Assembly: GCA_021811365.1 (NCBI GenBank)
Contig: JAJZPB010000002.1
Span: 8,162 to 72,161, forward strand
DNA length: 64,000 nucleotides
Direction: 5' to 3'
Source of the DNA: a bacterium
GTDB lineage: Bacteria; Patescibacteriota; Minisyncoccia; Phycocordibacterales; Phycocordibacteraceae
Positions 59,633-64,000 of the stretch are shown piece by piece. Every line of letters begins with the position of its first letter. Position 1 is the first letter of the stretch. The position numbers were made by a program, and so were the translations under genes. The notes under the pieces were generated by a model. That model made no database searches. It saw nothing but the letters and a program-made list of their open reading frames with translations, and was not told where the DNA came from.

Positions 59633-60283
59633 ATGAGGTCGCTTTTGGTTTACCCTGAAACCGTTCTGCAACGCGCCAAAAGAAGCTGCCGATCACCCTT
59701 TGATGCATTTTGGCTTTTGAGCCAGCTTTCAACCTACCCTTTTATAGGGCTTCTCATGCTGCGATGGCGCGTCCAAATACACCGCCCCGACTCGTTTGAT
59801 GTCCCACAAGGAACACTTATCCTAGCAAACCACCAATCATACTACGACCCATTTCTTATTACCTACGGCCTTGGCCCTCACAACTGGCCTCGCGTCTTGC
59901 CCTGCCGGTATCCGGTCGCGCAAGACGTCATTCGCGACCGCGCCCTCGCGCTTCCTATTCGAGCACTTGGCGGTTACGACATTGGGGGATCTAAAATTGA
60001 ACGCGCCAAAAAATTACTCTATACACGAGAGTTGCTTGACCGGGGTTACACGATCATCATTTTCCCGGAAGGGGCGATTACGAAGACGGGCGAAATGATT
60101 AGCGACTTCAAGTTAGGGGCGCAGATGCTATTTTCTCGAGCCTACCCAGTCGTATTTACAAAGCTCCAGGGCTTTACGAAAACGGCGCGGCGAGAGCGCA
60201 CGTACTCGATTACATACAGCCCTGTGTTGCGAGGATCCTCTGAGGAATTGAGCCAACGAATGCGGGACTTCTATCGATCCTGA
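59633..60283 (+). CDS. lysophospholipid acyltransferase (PlsC family)
   Basis: ANHQSYYDPF (HxxxxD), IFPEG, FKLGA. Confidence 0.85.
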   Translation: MRSLLVYPETVLQRAKRSCRSPFDAFWLLSQLSTYPFIGLLMLRWRVQIHRPDSFDVPQGTLILANHQSYYDPFLITYGLGPHNWPRVLPCRYPVAQDVIRDRALALPIRALGGYDIGGSKIERAKKLLYTRELLDRGYTIIIFPEGAITKTGEMISDFKLGAQMLFSRAYPVVFTKLQGFTKTARRERTYSITYSPVLRGSSEELSQRMRDFYRS

Positions 60284-60538
60284 CCGCTGATACACACAAA
60301 TCGACTGCCCATAGACACTTCTATTCACACCTGCCACTCAGCGCTTCAGAGCGCGTATGCCAAGGTTCCTCGTCCGCATATCCTATACGGATTCGGCAGT
60401 AACCACTGGCAATAAAAGACGTGGGGAACTGCTTGTGGTACCGTATAGCGCAGCACGAGAGGCTCACAATCGTTTCCCTGAGCAGGTAAAATGAATCCTC
60501 GTGGCACTGCGCAGGCTTTTCGATAATGCATCGGCGCA

Positions 60539-61399
60539 CTATTCTCGACCCGTGTTGACTGCCGCGTTTGCAGGATTTCTATTTTCATCTTCAAACTGAT
60601 AGCCGCGTGCTTGCATCTCACGCCACATGCGGTTATACCACAGTCGGTATCCCTCGCTGCTTGGGTGGGTGTAGTCATATGAAAAATACCGCTTTGGATC
60701 TTCTGAGAATGGGTTGTTCAAGTCTGTCTCGGGGAATAGCTCTATGTATGCCACGTTATGAAGGTTGCATACTTGTATGAACAAATCCCGCACCTTTAGC
60801 ATGCGTCGGACGAGTACAGAGCGAATAAAAGGCGGGAAGAGAGGTGAGAGACCGAAATTTGCGTAAAAAAGAACAACCACCTTGTGATCGCTTATTGCTG
60901 CAGTTTCTGAAATGAGTCTGGTCAGTGCCCGAGTAAGCACCGGTAGACTGGTGAAATGCCAGATATCATTCCCGCCCGTGAAGAGTAAGACGAGATTGAA
61001 ATGCTGCCCTTGAACCTTTGCTAACTGTTGTACTACCTCGCTTGTCGTTGCACCATTCACTCCCAAATTAATGATTTCCGTGTGTGGGAAATCGCGCCCA
61101 AGCCTTCCAGCTATGGAGTCTTCGGGCTGCGCAGCACCCCTGCCAAACGCGGTACTGTCCCCCAGTATCAGTATCCGTTTCCCATTAGGGCGCAGTGCGG
61201 AATACGATTTTCGGTGCTTGCGCCACGTTACGAAATGAACAAAATCAAACCACAGAAGGCGTCCCGCCATCCTGAGCGCCTGCAGCACCACGAAGGCGAT
61301 GCCGAGTAGTGCAAATATGGTTAAAGCATCAAGTAAAAGCTGAACAGGCGATGTCCCCCGAGTCGTAAAGTCATGCACTATCTGAGAAAAAAATATCAT
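60539..61399 (-). CDS. SGNH/GDSL hydrolase with N-terminal TM segment
   Basis: ILGDST, NLGVNG, GGND, DYTHPS. Confidence 0.9.
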   Translation of the reverse strand: MIFFSQIVHDFTTRGTSPVQLLLDALTIFALLGIAFVVLQALRMAGRLLWFDFVHFVTWRKHRKSYSALRPNGKRILILGDSTAFGRGAAQPEDSIAGRLGRDFPHTEIINLGVNGATTSEVVQQLAKVQGQHFNLVLLFTGGNDIWHFTSLPVLTRALTRLISETAAISDHKVVVLFYANFGLSPLFPPFIRSVLVRRMLKVRDLFIQVCNLHNVAYIELFPETDLNNPFSEDPKRYFSYDYTHPSSEGYRLWYNRMWREMQARGYQFEDENRNPANAAVNTGRE

Positions 61400-62133
61400 G
61401 CTGAAAGTAAGCGTTCTACATGGGGACGAATTTGTACATACCAGAGTGCATAGCCCTCATCTGTGGGGTGAGTCTGATCTCCAGCAAAATGACCGCCCAA
61501 CGCAACAGGATCATCCTCACGATGGAGCGAGAGGCACGCCACGCTATTTTCCGCACAGGTGTGCATAAACCGCTCTTGCCACGCCATTCCGCGTCTCCTG
61601 TAAACGCGATTAAACGGAAAATGGAACAAAGGGGCGGCTGCAGGATTGTTCGGACCAACATAGAGCACCTTTAGACCAAGCCGTCTTGCCTCCTGAATAG
61701 CAGCGCGAAGAGCGCGGTCCATTCGCTCGAGAGACGTAGCGTGTACGATGTCCATACCGCCAACCGCAAGAACAACCAAATCATAGGGATGCTCGGGTGT
61801 CAGCGCTTTCGAAAGCGCTGACGCTAGCGTGCGAAGCTTAAGACCACGCCGCGACCAGTTTTCAATATGCGCGTCCGGATAGTCAAGCCCAATTCGTCCT
61901 GGTACCGTTCGAACCGAGTCGCTCGCGCCAGTGCCGTAACCCGTACTATCGCCCACATAGAGTATCCGTGGACTCCCGTCAGCGCTCATGCGTTCAAACG
62001 GCCGTATACGATGTGTCAATTGACGGGAGATACATAGGTACCATCCGATCCTGAGGCCAATAACAGCCGACACTAAACCGCAGGTCGCGACAACTGCTAA
62101 AAGTATGCGGAAACAGAGCGCCATATCGACCAT
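61396..62133 (-). CDS. SGNH/GDSL hydrolase with N-terminal TM segment
   Basis: VGDSTG, GGMD (block III Asn replaced by Met), DQTHPT. Confidence 0.85.
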   Translation of the reverse strand: MVDMALCFRILLAVVATCGLVSAVIGLRIGWYLCISRQLTHRIRPFERMSADGSPRILYVGDSTGYGTGASDSVRTVPGRIGLDYPDAHIENWSRRGLKLRTLASALSKALTPEHPYDLVVLAVGGMDIVHATSLERMDRALRAAIQEARRLGLKVLYVGPNNPAAAPLFHFPFNRVYRRRGMAWQERFMHTCAENSVACLSLHREDDPVALGGHFAGDQTHPTDEGYALWYVQIRPHVERLLSA

Positions 62134-62210
62134 TCAAGTATAGCTGATTAACCAAACCAGAAAGGATTCACACGTCCAGACATTGGGATTATACTCTAGA
62201 ATGTCAAGAT

Positions 62211-62933
62211 ATGCTGATACGGATTGTGCGAACACAGCACTCAACAAAGACGAATATTTTGTCCCGCGCCGCGGAAAGCGCCCTGGCACACCGTGCCGCA
62301 AGCCAAGTGATTAGCGCGCTTTGGAACGGCGAACCAGCACTCTCTTTTGAGGTTATTAAAGATGCGCTCGGCAAACCTCGCGTGAATATAGACTGTGACG
62401 GGACACAAAGCGCGTGTCCGATCTCATGGGCGCACGCCTACCCATACGCACTCGCGGCAGGCATACGCAACGAGTCCATGGACATTGGCGCCGATATCGA
62501 GCGCGTGCGTAGATTCCGTCGAGAGGTAATCACCGCATTTCTCACAGACCGCGAATGCGCACATGTACTCGAAAGAGAAGAAGCGACCCGCGCTTACCAC
62601 ACAACCCTTACCTGGTCGATTAAAGAGGCGATACTGAAAAGTATCGGTCTTGGACTACGCCTGAACCCTCGACGCATTGATGTAACTGAGGCACTCACGC
62701 TCCCGAATTACCACATCGGCTTCGCATACGTCGACAATATACGCGTCCCGTTGCAAATATGGAAACACCGTACTGCTGACTCGCACTTCGTGGCAGCAGC
62801 CGTTGCAATTCACCGCAACTACACCTACACTTTACGGAATGGCTTCTTCCTCGAGCGTTCCCTCGGAAGCGCGCCGGGTTGTGCTCTCGGTTATCGCCCA
62901 GACGGTCGGCCTCCCTTCGGAGAGCATCTCTGA
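62211..62933 (+). CDS. 4'-phosphopantetheinyl transferase (Sfp/AcpS superfamily)
   Basis: GKP, ISWAH, IGADIE, WSIKEAILKSIGLGL; C-terminal tail overlaps the ACP gene. Confidence 0.88.
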   Translation: MLIRIVRTQHSTKTNILSRAAESALAHRAASQVISALWNGEPALSFEVIKDALGKPRVNIDCDGTQSACPISWAHAYPYALAAGIRNESMDIGADIERVRRFRREVITAFLTDRECAHVLEREEATRAYHTTLTWSIKEAILKSIGLGLRLNPRRIDVTEALTLPNYHIGFAYVDNIRVPLQIWKHRTADSHFVAAAVAIHRNYTYTLRNGFFLERSLGSAPGCALGYRPDGRPPFGEHL

Positions 62934-63138
62934 TGAGGCGCATCTGGCTGACATAGCGCCTGACTCGATTGCGCTGTTTGAGTTGCTCGTGTGTTTCGAA
63001 AACGTGCTCGGTACAACAGTACGGTACGAAGACATTGCGGCTATTGAGACTGTCGGTGACGTCATTGCATACGCGGAACACTTGCCGCAAGAAGTTATCA
63101 ATGCCGCCCTCGAACGCACCGCCTCTACCGCCATATGA
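62839..63138 (+). CDS. acyl carrier protein
   Basis: L.DIAPDSIALFEL...FE...G......I.TVGDVIAY with the Ppant-accepting Ser in DS. Confidence 0.85.
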   Translation: MASSSSVPSEARRVVLSVIAQTVGLPSESISDEAHLADIAPDSIALFELLVCFENVLGTTVRYEDIAAIETVGDVIAYAEHLPQEVINAALERTASTAI

Positions 63139-63857
63139 CCACGGACGTACGCTTTACCATTCTCTCAATGCCTGCAGACATAGCACAAGCACGCTCTATG
63201 GTGAGCCGCGTATATGCCGAATCCGGCTATCATCCTGACCAAGAGGAGCACGCTATTCCGCGCACCCTTGACCGCGCAGACACTATTACCTTGGGAGCAT
63301 TCCACGGCGATACGCTTGTTGGAACGATTTCTCTCGTGATCGACGGCCCACAGGGTCTTCCTATGGACTGCATTTATAGTGAGGAACTTACGCCCTTGCG
63401 CGCATCACAGTTACGTATAGCCGAGGTGGGACAGTTTGCTATTGACTCTGAAACCTACCGCGCGAGCACCGGCAGAGCAGTGCCCCGATTCCTTGCGCTT
63501 GCATTCTTTGGCGCTGCACTGTCCGGAGCAATCGCGCATGAGTGCGCGTACATATGCGTTGCGGTGAATCCGAAGCATGCTCGATTTTATCGATTGCTCG
63601 GGTTCCGTAAAATTGGTGAGGAAAAACGCTACGGAGCAGTAAGTGCCCCCGCAATCGCACTGGTCTTCCGCACGGAAGACTGGCAGCGCCAAAGCACGTT
63701 GCTAGGACTACTTGGGCGAGAAGTGGAGAAGCACCTGCTTCCGCAGGAGTTCTTTTTCTCCGCAACTACGCGCCCCTCTCAGACACTCAGTACCGCACGT
63801 GTTGAACTGGCTACAACGCAGGATACTGCAGCCAGGCTTCCTCAAACCGCGCCGTAA
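63135..63857 (+). CDS. FeeM-like N-acyl amino acid synthase (GNAT fold)
   Basis: VYAESGY, GTISLVIDGPQGLPMD..Y, AEVGQFA, VAVNPKHARFYRLLGF, APA; ATGA-coupled to the ACP gene. Confidence 0.85.
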   Translation: MTTDVRFTILSMPADIAQARSMVSRVYAESGYHPDQEEHAIPRTLDRADTITLGAFHGDTLVGTISLVIDGPQGLPMDCIYSEELTPLRASQLRIAEVGQFAIDSETYRASTGRAVPRFLALAFFGAALSGAIAHECAYICVAVNPKHARFYRLLGFRKIGEEKRYGAVSAPAIALVFRTEDWQRQSTLLGLLGREVEKHLLPQEFFFSATTRPSQTLSTARVELATTQDTAARLPQTAP

Positions 63858-63870
63858 CTAGGACAAAGTC

Positions 63871-63996
63871 TTCGCGATTAGTCGCGCGTGCCATCTGGCT
63901 CCCCACAGATTTCCCAGTTCGCCTACCCTTTCGGGAGGTACGCACGGTCCGCAGTAGGTGCGCGAACTGCACGATTTCATTTCAATGAACATCGTA
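63871..63996 (-). ncRNA. candidate structured RNA, copy 3 (5' half only; marks the type D right end of the biosynthetic module)
   Basis: gtcgcgcgtgccatctggctccccacagatttcccagttcgcctaccctttcgggaggtacgcacggtccgca, homologous to the sequences from 48530 and 53214. Confidence 0.6.
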
Positions 63997-64000
63997 ATCA

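Larger units (their letters stand above)
26517..64000. mobile_element. tandem array of integrated modules at tRNA-Trp (continues past the window end)
   Basis: Eight internal junctions carry remnants of the tRNA 3' end plus shared end sequences; cargo is accessory. Confidence 0.8.

Noticed and set aside
58499-60283. ThiF and PlsC are in the same frame, separated by a single TGA at 59387-59389 (possible readthrough or UGA recoding)
   Set aside because: TGA ends many clear genes here (dnaX, dprA, recombinase), and the intervening ~80 codons show no recognisable domain, so coincidence is more likely.
62839-62933. 95-nt PPTase/ACP overlap as a programmed frameshift or fusion
   Set aside because: The PPTase domain is complete before the overlap, no slippery site was seen, and the tail looks like a non-conserved extension.

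Overview
This looks like a chromosomal window from a Patescibacteria (CPR) bacterium, probably Parcubacteria. That placement is inferred from gene content: a pilin-transglycosylase fusion, a CxxC-x17-CxxC protein, an ACT-less RelA/SpoT and a CPR-type serine recombinase. Bases 1-26.5 kb are mostly core or housekeeping genes (dnaX, dus, ftsQ-like, serS, dprA, topA, rel, parB, pyrF, ahpC, miaA, tRNA-Gln/Leu/Trp), plus one gene that resembles an orphan target of a diversity-generating retroelement (DGR). From tRNA-Trp (26446-26516) to the end of the window lies a tandem array of about 9 mobile modules, 0.2 to 19 kb each. Each junction combines a degenerate copy of the tRNA 3' end with one of a few reusable end sequences. 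Module cargo includes single envelope enzymes, a 19-kb defence island and a 10-kb lipid/N-acyl-amino-acid biosynthetic cluster. The defence island carries HNH, HigB, HigA-ImmA, Beta protein, sce7726, a type III RM system, a large serine recombinase and a ParB-methylase. The biosynthetic cluster carries a FeeM-like synthase, ACP, PPTase, ThiF, a nitroreductase-like protein, PlsC, two SGNH hydrolases and a MacAB-like exporter. Three modules end with the same non-coding element (two full ~220-nt copies, one partial). It shows compensatory base changes, and both full copies have an upstream promoter, so it is a candidate new structured RNA. All calls come from reading the sequence and its motifs; no database searches were run.
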